From NCBI GenBank assembly GCA_036676395.1, contig JAKFCY010000002.1:352001-416000 (forward strand): a stretch of DNA of 64,000 bases, written 5' to 3'. The notes beneath the pieces were generated by a model. That model was not told the DNA's origin, searched no databases, and was given only the letters and a program-made list of their open reading frames with translations. Shown here in pieces: positions 26,599 through 36,280 of this stretch; the first letter of the stretch is position 1; each line of letters opens with the position of its first letter. The translations under genes were made by a program, and so were the position numbers. The stretch is from Bdellovibrio sp. Lineage in GTDB: Bacteria; Bdellovibrionota; Bdellovibrionia; Bdellovibrionales; Bdellovibrionaceae.

Positions 26599-28194
26599 GT
26601 GCTTCGAGGAGCAGCGTTACTTTTTGCTGCTTTATGTATAGCGCCGCTTCTGGTGATAGCTACTGCTTGGTTAATTGCAGTTTCTCCAGAAACGGCTGAA
26701 GCTTGGCAACATGTCGTTAAGTATCTTTTAACAAGTTACATTATTGATACGCTGTTGTTAGGTTTCGGAGTTGCTTTCACGGCGGTGGTCGTAGGCGTAT
26801 CAACAGCGTGGGTGAGCTCACGCTTTTCTTTTTTTGGTCAATCTATTTTACAATTCGCGATGATCTTACCGTTGGCCGTACCGGCGTATGTTTCTGCGTA
26901 TTCTTATGGTTGGCTGTTTGAATATGCGGGCCCATTGCAAACTCTGTTGCGCGACTTTACCGGCTGGGAAAAAGGCGATTATTATTTTCCGCAATTTAGA
27001 AATCTTGGTGGAGCGATTATTGTCATTGGTTTTTCGACAGTGCCATACGTTTATTTATTAGCTCGCACGGCGTTTCTAACTCAGCCTTTAGAATGGTGGC
27101 AGGCCGCAAGTTCTATGGGATCTTATCCGCGCCATTTTTTCTGGCGTGTGGCGCTGCCTGCAGCCCGCCCATTTGTTTTTGCTGGTGGGTTATTGGCTTT
27201 AATGGAAGCTTTGGCTGACATCGGTACCGTGTCTATTATGGGCGTGCAAAGTTTCGGTGCTGGCATCTATCGAAGTTGGTTTTACCTAGGTGAACCCCTA
27301 GTTGCCGCGCGATTAGCAGCAGTACTTTTAATTTTTGTTTTTCTATTAATGTCGGTTGAAGCTTTTAATCGGCGCAAACAACGCTACAGTGCAATTATTC
27401 AAAATAATGAAATTAAAAAAATACCACTTACTTTCGGCAAAAGTATTTTCGCTTTTCTATTATGTCTTTTACCCGTGCTTGTCGGGTTTGTAATTCCGAT
27501 ATTAGTATTGTTGCGCTTATTAAGTTATAACAAAGTATTTTCAATGGCACTGTTAGACGGTGAATATGTTTGGCAAACTCTGCGTTTAGGTGGTCTTAGC
27601 GGTTTATTAGTTGCTGTAGTTGCCTTGGTTATGGCTTTAGCTGAACGTTTTTATCCTAAAGGTTGGCTTCGCTATTTTACCGCTTTAGCGAATGTAGGGT
27701 ATGCGATTCCCGGTGCGATTTTAGCAGTGGGATTAATGCTATTGTTTGGCTGGACGCAAAAATACTTTTCTGCAGATAGTTTTATGACAGCGACAATTGC
27801 TGCGTTACTCATTGCCTATGTTGTTCGTTTTGTGGCGACCGCTTATCAGCCCTTACGAAGTGGATTTACGCGCATACCCCAGGAATATGATCAGGCTTCG
27901 GCAGCTTTAGGAAAAAATAAATTAGTTACTTTTTTTCGCGTGCAATTACCTTTGTTATGGCTTCCGCTATCTGTAGCTTTTTTAGTCGTGTTCTTAGATA
28001 CAGTGAAAGAACTTTCGGCGACTTTAATTTTACGTCCTTTTGATGTAAAAAACTTAGCGATCGTGGCCTTTGAGTTTGCCAGCGATGATCGTCATGTTGA
28101 AGCCTCTCCGTATGCCTTAATTTTAATTGCGTTAAGCACAGTAGCTGTAATTATTTTATTTAAATTATACGATAAACTAAAGGTGTACCGATGA
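26599..28194 (+). CDS. fbpB: Fe(III) ABC transporter permease
   Basis: LPLAVPAYV, PYVYLLAR, GYAIPG, KELSATL.LRPF. Confidence 0.9.
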   Translation: MLRGAALLFAALCIAPLLVIATAWLIAVSPETAEAWQHVVKYLLTSYIIDTLLLGFGVAFTAVVVGVSTAWVSSRFSFFGQSILQFAMILPLAVPAYVSAYSYGWLFEYAGPLQTLLRDFTGWEKGDYYFPQFRNLGGAIIVIGFSTVPYVYLLARTAFLTQPLEWWQAASSMGSYPRHFFWRVALPAARPFVFAGGLLALMEALADIGTVSIMGVQSFGAGIYRSWFYLGEPLVAARLAAVLLIFVFLLMSVEAFNRRKQRYSAIIQNNEIKKIPLTFGKSIFAFLLCLLPVLVGFVIPILVLLRLLSYNKVFSMALLDGEYVWQTLRLGGLSGLLVAVVALVMALAERFYPKGWLRYFTALANVGYAIPGAILAVGLMLLFGWTQKYFSADSFMTATIAALLIAYVVRFVATAYQPLRSGFTRIPQEYDQASAALGKNKLVTFFRVQLPLLWLPLSVAFLVVFLDTVKELSATLILRPFDVKNLAIVAFEFASDDRHVEASPYALILIALSTVAVIILFKLYDKLKVYR

Positions 28195-28835
28195 GTGTAA
28201 GACTAACGAATGTCACTTATAATTATCCGGCCGCAAATCGCGGTGTTAAAGATGTCTCATTCATTTTAGAGAGTGGTAAGATTGCCTGCTTGCTTGGCCC
28301 ATCCGGAGCTGGCAAGTCGACGCTGTTAAAAATTATTGCAGGGTTTGTGACTCCAGATCGGGGTGATGTTTTTATCCATGAACAAAAAGTAGCTACATCC
28401 GAAAAGATTATAATTCCTATTCAGAAACGTGAAATTGGGATTGTGTTTCAGCAACATGCACTTTTTCCGCATATGACCGTAGCAGATAATATTTTATACG
28501 GCTGTCGCAGAAAAAAAGCTGAACGCACAGATTTTTTAAATCAATTACTGCAAGAATTTAAAATTGAAATACATAAAAATAAGTTTCCTCATGAAATCTC
28601 GGGCGGTGAAGCCCAGCGTGTGGCCGTAGCCCGCGCGATAGCCTCTGAACCCAGAGTGCTTTTAATGGATGAGCCTTTTTCAAGTTTAGATCAAAGTTTA
28701 CGTTCACAAGTCGAACAGCAATGTTTAGCTATTATCCGTGAACGTAATCTAACAGCGCTGATTGTTACTCATGACGAAGCCAGCGCAAAAAACATGGGTG
28801 ATTTGATTATTCGTATCGACCAAGGTAGTGAGTAA
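28191..28835 (+). CDS. fbpC: Fe(III) ABC transporter ATPase (short, no C-terminal TOBE domain)
   Basis: GPSGAGKS, ISGGEAQR, DEPFSSLD, VTHD. Confidence 0.85.
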   Translation: MSVRLTNVTYNYPAANRGVKDVSFILESGKIACLLGPSGAGKSTLLKIIAGFVTPDRGDVFIHEQKVATSEKIIIPIQKREIGIVFQQHALFPHMTVADNILYGCRRKKAERTDFLNQLLQEFKIEIHKNKFPHEISGGEAQRVAVARAIASEPRVLLMDEPFSSLDQSLRSQVEQQCLAIIRERNLTALIVTHDEASAKNMGDLIIRIDQGSE

Positions 28836-28859
28836 AGGTTTTACATATTATTCCGATAA
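28833..28859 (+). promoter_or_regulatory. Sigma28 promoter; its -35 overlaps the fbpC stop codon
   Basis: TAAA-N15-TCCGATAA, with 6 nt between it and ATG 28866. Confidence 0.75.
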
Positions 28860-28865
28860 GTAGGT

Positions 28866-29255
28866 ATGAATGTAAAAAATCTGGCGGGTAACGCCATTAT
28901 TAATTCATTACCGGCTACTAAGGGGGCGAACGCCTCTGAAAAAACTATTAAGTCAGAAATGACTCATGATCGCGATGCCAATGGCCAGGCGATGTATCAA
29001 AAAAATAAGAAAAAAGAAAAGATGAGCCGCGAACAAGCTGAAAAGGCGATCGCTACTTTAAATGCAAAAACTTTCATGACCGATATGAAATGGATTGCAG
29101 TTCTTGTTGATGATGATGGATTTTTCTATGCTGAAGTGAAAGATCAAGAAGACAGTGTCATTCGTAAAATCGCAGAATTTGATCTATGGGAAGTCTTCGA
29201 TACTCCAGCGGCGGAGCACACGCAAAAAGGTAACTTACTTAAGCGTACTGCTTAG
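28866..29255 (+). CDS. flaG: FlaG-like flagellar protein
   Basis: Position between fliC and fliD; C-terminal V.D....VIRKI...G.LL pattern. Confidence 0.6.
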   Translation: MNVKNLAGNAIINSLPATKGANASEKTIKSEMTHDRDANGQAMYQKNKKKEKMSREQAEKAIATLNAKTFMTDMKWIAVLVDDDGFFYAEVKDQEDSVIRKIAEFDLWEVFDTPAAEHTQKGNLLKRTA

Positions 29256-29283
29256 GGAAAAAAGAAATAAATGGCTTTGCCAT

Positions 29284-29568
29284 TTATTTTCTACCGCGAA
29301 TTCCTAAATTAGAAATAATTAATTTTTCATACTCTTTCATCAGAAAGTTAAACAACTGACGTTCAGGAATATCATATAATTTCATAAGCTTTTTTAAGAT
29401 GTCCCATGGAGGCGAGCATTTACCACGCTCCCAGTTAGAAACGAATTGCGACTTGCACTGGCAGGCCCGGGCAACGTCAATTTGGGTGAGATTTTGACTC
29501 TCGCGTTTGTCTTTTAGGTATTCGCCTAACTTACCAAAGTGCTGTTTTAGCGCATTTTTATTTTCCAT
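29284..29568 (-). CDS. XRE-family HTH transcriptional regulator
   Basis: LK..R....LTQ.DVA.......FVSNWERG..P. Confidence 0.88.
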   Translation of the reverse strand: MENKNALKQHFGKLGEYLKDKRESQNLTQIDVARACQCKSQFVSNWERGKCSPPWDILKKLMKLYDIPERQLFNFLMKEYEKLIISNLGIRGRK

Positions 29569-29764
29569 AAGGTCTAGAGAGTACGCGCTAAACGCTTTCT
29601 TCGTCTAGCTTTGCCGCTCCAAATCCAGAGCAAAGTCTAAGGGACATTTTTGCCCACTAAACCGATGTCCAAAGTTGGTCTAAAGACAAACCTTTGACTC
29701 ACGTTGATATAAGAAAATCTGCCATACTGATTCAAGAGTTATTGTTTTTCATGGAGGAAATACA

Positions 29765-31114
29765 GTGTCTATTCGCATTAGCGGCTTATCAGGTGGAGGG
29801 TTACCCCCAAATCTGGTCGATCAAGTGATCGAAGCAGAGCGCATGCCGTTAAAAAAGATGGAAGCTGACAAAGCTAAAATCGAAGACAAAGTAAAACTTG
29901 TTACCGAATTCGAAACAAAAATTAACGAAATTTTAAAAAACTTAAATTCAATCGTTGGCGCCCGCGGCTTTAGCGATATGAAATTCATGTCGGGATTTCC
30001 TGATATTATCGACGGACAAGTGGATCCGGCGTTAGCAGAATCGGGCGATTGGACTTTCGAAGTTCTGCAATTAGCAACTAAGCCGTCTATCGCTTCAAAC
30101 GGTGCACCTGATAAAGATACCTCTTCAATCGGTGTGGGTTATATCAAATTTGATACTCCAGAAGGCACACAAGAAGTTTATATTGATGCAGAAAATTCAA
30201 CTTTAGAAAAAGTAGCGGCAAAAATTAATGAAGCCGATGTGGGCGTAAAAGCTAACGTCATTAATGATAGAAAAGATAAAGTTGATAGCTTCAGATTGCA
30301 ATTAACAGGCGCTAAAACCGGTGATGACAATGCCGTTGAATTTCCGACAGTGTATATGGTCGACGGGGATTTCGACTTTGAATTTGATCAAACCCTACAA
30401 GCTAAGAATGCTAAATATAAATTAAACGGCCAAGAATTCGAATCAGCAGAAAATAAAATCACGGATGCTATTCCGGGTGTAATTTTAGATTTAAAACAAG
30501 CACGCGAAGGCACGCCAGTTAAATTATCTGTCAGTGAAAACTATGATGCTATCGGTGAAAAGATGAAAAATTTCGTCGATGCTTACAATGGCGCTTTAGG
30601 TTTTATCCAGGGACAAAACAAATTAACGCAAACCAAAGAAGGCGCCCAGCGCCTAGGGCCTTTAGGTGGCGACAGTATGTTGCGTATGACTGAAGGTCGC
30701 TTGCGCAGAATTATTCAAGATGTGCAAGACACGAACAGTTCGTACGAGCGTATTTTAGAATTAGGTGTCGAATTTAACCGTAACGGAACTCTGGATTATA
30801 AAGCTGACACCTTTAAAAAAGCCGTCGCAGAAGATCCGCGCGATGTGATCGAGTTTTTACGCGGAAATTTACAGAACACGGGATTTGTTACGAACATGCG
30901 TACACGCATTCGTGAAATCACAGATCCAACTGTTGGTGCTGTTGGAAACCGTAAAACCAGCATGCAGCGCCAAGTAACAGGTATAGATCAAAAAATTGAT
31001 AGAAAAGAAAAATCGCTCGAAAAGCGGGAAGAGTCTTTACGTCGCCAATTCGCAAAAATGGAAGAAGCAATGTCTAAGATGAATTCGCAGGGCGCAGCAA
31101 TAGGAAAGGGGTAA
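29765..31114 (+). CDS. fliD: Flagellar filament cap protein
   Basis: SGLSGG....LVDQVIEAER, V.QLA, FVDAYN, QFAKME.AMSKMNSQ; GGAGG SD. Confidence 0.92.
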   Translation: MSIRISGLSGGGLPPNLVDQVIEAERMPLKKMEADKAKIEDKVKLVTEFETKINEILKNLNSIVGARGFSDMKFMSGFPDIIDGQVDPALAESGDWTFEVLQLATKPSIASNGAPDKDTSSIGVGYIKFDTPEGTQEVYIDAENSTLEKVAAKINEADVGVKANVINDRKDKVDSFRLQLTGAKTGDDNAVEFPTVYMVDGDFDFEFDQTLQAKNAKYKLNGQEFESAENKITDAIPGVILDLKQAREGTPVKLSVSENYDAIGEKMKNFVDAYNGALGFIQGQNKLTQTKEGAQRLGPLGGDSMLRMTEGRLRRIIQDVQDTNSSYERILELGVEFNRNGTLDYKADTFKKAVAEDPRDVIEFLRGNLQNTGFVTNMRTRIREITDPTVGAVGNRKTSMQRQVTGIDQKIDRKEKSLEKREESLRRQFAKMEEAMSKMNSQGAAIGKG

Positions 31115-31123
31115 TAGAAGTTT

Positions 31124-31528
31124 ATGGCAGCAAATCCATATCAAAAGTACAAACAGACATCAATAACGAGTGCTTCACGTGAGCAGATCTTATTAATGTT
31201 ATATGAGGGCGCGATCAAGTTCACAAAACTTGCCATCCAGGCCGCAGAACAAAAAAAGGTGGCAGACCGCGGAACAAATTTAATGCGCGCGTATGACATC
31301 ATCATGGAACTCCAAGTGTCGCTGGACCACAAAGTTGGGGGCGATATCGCGAAACAACTCGATCAGTTGTATACGTTTGTTTTGGACCAATACACCAAGG
31401 CTAATATTTCTGGTGAAATTGAACCATTGAAGGCCGCATTAAAAGTAATCGAAAATCTATACGAAGGCTGGAAAGTCGCCGTCGAAAAATATAAAAAAGA
31501 TATGGAAGAAAAAGGGGGAACCGCATGA
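31124..31528 (+). CDS. fliS: Flagellin export chaperone
   Basis: Y.KY...ITSAS....LMLYEGAI, EL..SLD...GG.IA..L..LY, W. Confidence 0.95.
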   Translation: MAANPYQKYKQTSITSASREQILLMLYEGAIKFTKLAIQAAEQKKVADRGTNLMRAYDIIMELQVSLDHKVGGDIAKQLDQLYTFVLDQYTKANISGEIEPLKAALKVIENLYEGWKVAVEKYKKDMEEKGGTA

Positions 31529-31923
31529 TCCGCATAGTTCAATTAATGACAGAGAAAAATCACTTCCTTGAGAAGTTCTACACGTTGAATGAGCAGCAGA
31601 TCATTAAACTTGAGAGTGGTAACTATGAAGATATCGAACCGTTTTATAATAAACGTGAAGATATGATCAATATTTTAAAATATATTGATTCAGAAATTAA
31701 CAAAGCTCATTTGCAGCACAAAGACATCAATGGTGTATTTGCTGAAACTGATAAACGGGCTTTGCGCGAGTGCATGCGTACTAAAGAATTGTTTGTAGGT
31801 AAAATTCTTGATCAGGATATGCAAGTTCTTGCCCTGATCGATGAAGCTAAATCTAAGATCATTCGCGAGTTACAAGACGTTCGGTTAGCAAAAAAAGCTA
31901 TGCACGGGTACAAGTCAGCCTAG
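31525..31923 (+). CDS. FliT/FlgN-like helical protein
   Basis: Follows fliS with ATGA overlap; all-helical composition. Confidence 0.55.
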   Translation: MIRIVQLMTEKNHFLEKFYTLNEQQIIKLESGNYEDIEPFYNKREDMINILKYIDSEINKAHLQHKDINGVFAETDKRALRECMRTKELFVGKILDQDMQVLALIDEAKSKIIRELQDVRLAKKAMHGYKSA

Positions 31924-32017
31924 TGGCTGATTTGAAGAAGTTGCACAGCAACTTCTTCCTAGCCTTTTGTTGGCCAAGTCAATTTACTGACTTGGTCGTC
32001 ATGAAAAATATAACTTT

Positions 32018-32053
32018 AAAATAAAACGGGAGCATTGGCTCCCGTTTTATTTG
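32018..32053. terminator. Intrinsic (bidirectional) terminator
   Basis: AAATAAAACGGGAGC / GCTCCCGTTTTATTT. Confidence 0.85.
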
Positions 32054-32064
32054 TTTAAAGGCTC

Positions 32065-32080
32065 TGGCACTCGCCTTGCT
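32065..32080 (+). promoter_or_regulatory. Sigma54 promoter
   Basis: TGGCAC-TCGCC-TTGCT, near-consensus -24/-12. Confidence 0.75.
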
Positions 32081-32157
32081 TTACTAAAAAGTACGATCAC
32101 TGTGAAAACCGCTCAGGACGAGACGGTCCAGGATATATATGCTTTTGGAGGCAAGGA

Positions 32158-32994
32158 ATGCTACATACGAACAGCCAGTTTAAAACGGCTCAAGATCTTT
32201 TCAAAACCGGACAATATAAAAAATCGTTTTTAAACCTGATCACAATTTCTACCGAATTTTCAAACGAACCAGATTTTTTAAGACTGCTGTCACAGGTACA
32301 GATGTCGTTAAAAGATTTCACAGGTCAGATCAAAACACTTCAGGTGTTGTCGCGCAAAAGCGAAGATATCCAGGATAAAGTAAAATACATGATGGCTTTG
32401 TTAGCTCAAGGTCAACGTAACGAATCGTTAGATGAGGCACTTAAGTTATTAAGTATGCCGCTAGCAACGGCCGAAAAAGTTTTTGTTTTTAAGGCATTGA
32501 TAAAAATCTATTCAGTAGAAAATGATTTTGAAGGTTTAGAAGATGTCTGCCGTGAATTAGGAGCCTTGGGTTTAAGTGATGCTGATGTTAGTTATTCGCA
32601 CGCGCTCATTGAAGCTTCTAAAGGTGATTTAGATCAGGCGATCGAACATTTACGTCAGGCTGTTGTGGATAATCCTTCTTTTGACACCGGCTGGGCGGCT
32701 TTAGGTTTATATCACTATAAAAAAGGTGATATCGAATTAGCAAAAGCTAATTTAGAAAAAGCGTTAGACTTAAACCCATCAAACACAACGGCCTTAAAAC
32801 ATATCGCTAATTGGGTTGATGACACACAACCAGATGAATTGAATGCCACTTTAGAAAAAGTAAATTATTATTTGCAGAAATATAATTTCGACGAAGAAAT
32901 TTCTGAATGCCATGCAAAACTTTTGATAAAAAAGGGTCATGTGGATTTGGCGCAATTAGAAATCGCTAAATTGACTTATTATTTTGGAAATTGA
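32158..32994 (+). CDS. Tetratricopeptide repeat protein
   Basis: TPR pattern (WAALGLYHYKKGDIELAKANLEKALDLNP); GGAGG SD. Confidence 0.85.
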   Translation: MLHTNSQFKTAQDLFKTGQYKKSFLNLITISTEFSNEPDFLRLLSQVQMSLKDFTGQIKTLQVLSRKSEDIQDKVKYMMALLAQGQRNESLDEALKLLSMPLATAEKVFVFKALIKIYSVENDFEGLEDVCRELGALGLSDADVSYSHALIEASKGDLDQAIEHLRQAVVDNPSFDTGWAALGLYHYKKGDIELAKANLEKALDLNPSNTTALKHIANWVDDTQPDELNATLEKVNYYLQKYNFDEEISECHAKLLIKKGHVDLAQLEIAKLTYYFGN

Positions 32995-33018
32995 TTAAGT
33001 TCATGCTAGCCTTTTTAG

Positions 33019-34863
33019 GTGAACGTATATGTACAAAACCAATACTTAGAGCAAGTTAAACAAAGCGTTTTAGGCTTAGGTGGCCCACTGCTTAGTGTTG
33101 GTTTGTCAGATAATCTTGAAAAAATGGCTGATTTGGCTGTTTTTGATTTACGCCACGTACCGAATGCAAATCAGCTATCTCATTTTAAAGAAAAAGTTTT
33201 AATTGTCGATCAAGAGCAAGTCGATTTTCAGACTTTAAAACAAATCAATCCGCGCTTAATAGTTAATACGAATCAATTAAATGAGCTTGCCGCATTGATC
33301 CAGTCGATCACGACACAAAAGTCAGTATCACTTTTTAAACAGGCTCAGCTTTTACCTGTTGATGAGTCTGAACAGATAGAAAGCCTGCAAAAAGAACTTA
33401 AAGAAAAATCAGAATCATTAAAATATTTTGTTAATGAAGAAAATTTAAAAAAACAAAAAGAAAAAAAGCTTCTTTATTTTTTAGATTTTTTGAATGCTGA
33501 GCAGGATACACCTGAGTTTATCGAAAATCTTTGCGAACTACTATGGATAGATCTAAAAAAATTAGGTTCATTTCATATGTTGGGTTTCGTTGTCACGCTT
33601 TCAAAACAAGATAATGCTTTTGTATTGTATGATGGCAAACAGGCAAAGTTTAATTATAATATTCGTTTTTCTGGACAAGATGAAAAACAATATGCCGTGC
33701 AATTGGCAGATATCTTACAGCGCCCAATAGCTGCCACCAAGTTTTGGGCCAGTGAAAAAAACCAGCTGAAAAGTTTTTTCTTTTTAGAAAATCGTGGCTC
33801 GCTAGTTTCGCCTGAAAGTTTAGATTCTTATATTTCTGAACGTATTGATTTGATGGTCTTAATGATCCAACGTCATATTTCGCAATTACAAACCAGCTAT
33901 CTTTTGAATAAATGGAATGTGTTTGGTAAAGCCTACCAGCAACCGATGCATGTGATCGATTCTCAATATACGTTAGTTCAGTCAAATTATTTTGATCAGA
34001 CTCAAACTGTAAAGTGCTATAATAAATTAGCCGGCAGAACTGCGCCGTGTGAAAATTGTCCTGTATTGGTGCAAAAAAATGTAAGTCCTGTCGCTATACA
34101 GGGCCGTAAATTCAAATCGTATGCGACTAAATTTTCAACTGATAGAGATTACTTTTTCGTATTCTATGAAAATCAAACCGAAGCCGATCTGGTTAAATCG
34201 AATTTGATTCAGAATGAAAAAATGAATGTCATCGGGCAATTGGCCAATCACTTGGCGCATGAATTAAATAATCCCCTGACGGGTTTAAAACTAGCTACTG
34301 AATTTATTTTACAGCAACCGCAATTAGAAACTTCGGTTAAAAATGATTTTACCGAAGTTTTAAAAGGTATTGATCGCTGCAAAAATATTATTACAGACTT
34401 ATTAGAGTTCAGCTCTGATCAAAGCCCAATTTTGACAATAGGCACAGTGGATGAAGTGATTAAAAAAACGATGCCACTGTTAAAATCAATCACTCGTATG
34501 TTTAATGTTTTCATCGACGTTAAAAATGTGCCGGTGCGAATGAATGCCGGGCATTTGCAGCAAATAATTTTTAATCTGGTGAAGAACTCTTGTCAGGCAA
34601 TGCCCGCGAAAGGTTCAATCAAAATTTATGATATCGATACGCCAAATCACTACGACGTGATCTTTGAAGATAATGGCAGCGGCTTGCCAGATAGTATTAA
34701 AAAGCATTTGTTTGAACCCTTTGCCACCACCAAGACGATCGGTGAAGGCACTGGTTTAGGTTTGTATATTTCAAAAAGTTTAGTGAAGCGAATGTTCGCG
34801 GATCTTTTGTATGATGCCAATTATAAAAATGGCACTCGTTTTATTTTAAGGTTTTTTAAATGA
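33019..34863 (+). CDS. Cytoplasmic sensor histidine kinase
   Basis: AHELNNPL H-box, NLVKNS N-box, DNGSG, FEPF.TTK, GTGLGL; no TM segments. Confidence 0.92.
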   Translation: MNVYVQNQYLEQVKQSVLGLGGPLLSVGLSDNLEKMADLAVFDLRHVPNANQLSHFKEKVLIVDQEQVDFQTLKQINPRLIVNTNQLNELAALIQSITTQKSVSLFKQAQLLPVDESEQIESLQKELKEKSESLKYFVNEENLKKQKEKKLLYFLDFLNAEQDTPEFIENLCELLWIDLKKLGSFHMLGFVVTLSKQDNAFVLYDGKQAKFNYNIRFSGQDEKQYAVQLADILQRPIAATKFWASEKNQLKSFFFLENRGSLVSPESLDSYISERIDLMVLMIQRHISQLQTSYLLNKWNVFGKAYQQPMHVIDSQYTLVQSNYFDQTQTVKCYNKLAGRTAPCENCPVLVQKNVSPVAIQGRKFKSYATKFSTDRDYFFVFYENQTEADLVKSNLIQNEKMNVIGQLANHLAHELNNPLTGLKLATEFILQQPQLETSVKNDFTEVLKGIDRCKNIITDLLEFSSDQSPILTIGTVDEVIKKTMPLLKSITRMFNVFIDVKNVPVRMNAGHLQQIIFNLVKNSCQAMPAKGSIKIYDIDTPNHYDVIFEDNGSGLPDSIKKHLFEPFATTKTIGEGTGLGLYISKSLVKRMFADLLYDANYKNGTRFILRFFK

Positions 34864-35231
34864 AGTTATTAATCTGTGATGATGAAGATCTAATCCGTAA
34901 GTCTTTGGCCAGAGCCTTTCGTGCCCAAGGTCATGAGGTGATCGAAGCCGAAAACGGAGCGGTGGCTTTAGAGCTTTTAAAAGCAAATGACATCGACTTA
35001 TTGGTCTTAGATTTGTTAATGCCAGAAAAAAATGGGTTTGATGTGCTGGCAGAAATGACCGTAGTGAAGCCTGTGATCATCATTTCGGCCTTCTCGGGTC
35101 AACAGCAGGGCCATTTTCATGCTGATGATTACCCGCAAGTAGTGGGTTTTATTAAAAAACCTTTTGACCACCTGAGTGTTGTGATAGAAGAAATGATTAA
35201 GATTTATGAGAATTATATCAGGAAAATTTAA
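34860..35231 (+). CDS. Single-domain response regulator (CheY-like)
   Basis: ICDDE, LDLLMP..NG, ISA, KKPF. Confidence 0.92.
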   Translation: MKLLICDDEDLIRKSLARAFRAQGHEVIEAENGAVALELLKANDIDLLVLDLLMPEKNGFDVLAEMTVVKPVIIISAFSGQQQGHFHADDYPQVVGFIKKPFDHLSVVIEEMIKIYENYIRKI

Positions 35232-35763
35232 AGGCAGAACATTAGTCAGCTTCAAAGCCGACCACATTAGACCGACCATGGATCGAGTCAAAGAGACTCT
35301 ATTCAATAAATGGATGGGCTATGTTGAAGATGCGAAGACCCTGGATTTGTTCGCAGGAACCGGAAACTTAGGCCTAGAGGCCCTTTCGCGCGGAGCAAAG
35401 CACGTTACTTTTGTGGAAAAGAGTGCGAAATCTGTGGATATCATCCGAAAAAACATCGAACTTCTTAAAATCGCTAAAGACGAGCAGGTGGTGCTCACTA
35501 AGGATGTTTTCTCGTTTCTTAAGTCTTACCAAGGCGAGGGCTTCGATATTATCTTTATCGACCCTCCATTTACCGAAAAGCTGGCTGACGATGTGATGAC
35601 AGCCCTGGCAAGTAGCCAATGTTTTCATCAAAACACCTTGATTGCCATCGAGGCCATCAAACAAGAAAAGATCGGTTCTGAGTACGGTGATTTGATATGC
35701 TATGACAAACAAGATTATGGCGATAAAAGTCTTTCCTTGTTTTCAAAAAAGGCGATAGATTAG
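35206..35763 (+). CDS. rsmD: 16S rRNA m2G966 methyltransferase
   Basis: MRIISG, RPT.DRVKE.LF, DLFAGTG.LG.EALSRGA, DPPF. Confidence 0.95.
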   Translation: MRIISGKFKGRTLVSFKADHIRPTMDRVKETLFNKWMGYVEDAKTLDLFAGTGNLGLEALSRGAKHVTFVEKSAKSVDIIRKNIELLKIAKDEQVVLTKDVFSFLKSYQGEGFDIIFIDPPFTEKLADDVMTALASSQCFHQNTLIAIEAIKQEKIGSEYGDLICYDKQDYGDKSLSLFSKKAID

Positions 35764-35790
35764 ACCTCGGTTTGCGAGGGAGTTTATCCA

Positions 35791-36276
35791 GTGTCACAAA
35801 TAGCCGTATATCCCGGAAGTTTTGATCCAATCACATCTGGCCATGTGGATATTATCCATCGGTTGTCAGAAATCTTTGACCAAGTCATTGTGTTGGTGGC
35901 TCAAAGCGGAGATAAAGCCTACATGTTCACCGCTGAAGAGCGCGCTGAGTTCGTACGAAAACAATTCTCACATAAAAAAAATATTCAGATAGATATCTTT
36001 CAAGGTCTTACTGTGGATTACATGAAGAAAAAAGGTGCCAAAGTTATCGTGCGTGGGTTGCGTGCAGTCGCAGATTTTGAATACGAAGGCACCCTGGCTA
36101 ATATCAACAAAAAATTAGCGCCAGAAATTGAAACTTTCATGATTTTCTCAAAACCAGAATTTTATTTTATTTCTTCACGCGGAGTTAAAGAGCTCGCAAA
36201 AAATGGCGGCGCTTTAACTGGCTTAGTTCCAGATATCGTGATTCCAGAATTAGTTAAAAAATTAAATAAAGGATAG
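35791..36276 (+). CDS. coaD: Phosphopantetheine adenylyltransferase
   Basis: YPGSFDPITSGH, RGLR...DFEYE, ISS..VKE. Confidence 0.96.
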   Translation: MSQIAVYPGSFDPITSGHVDIIHRLSEIFDQVIVLVAQSGDKAYMFTAEERAEFVRKQFSHKKNIQIDIFQGLTVDYMKKKGAKVIVRGLRAVADFEYEGTLANINKKLAPEIETFMIFSKPEFYFISSRGVKELAKNGGALTGLVPDIVIPELVKKLNKG

Positions 36277-36280
36277 ATCA

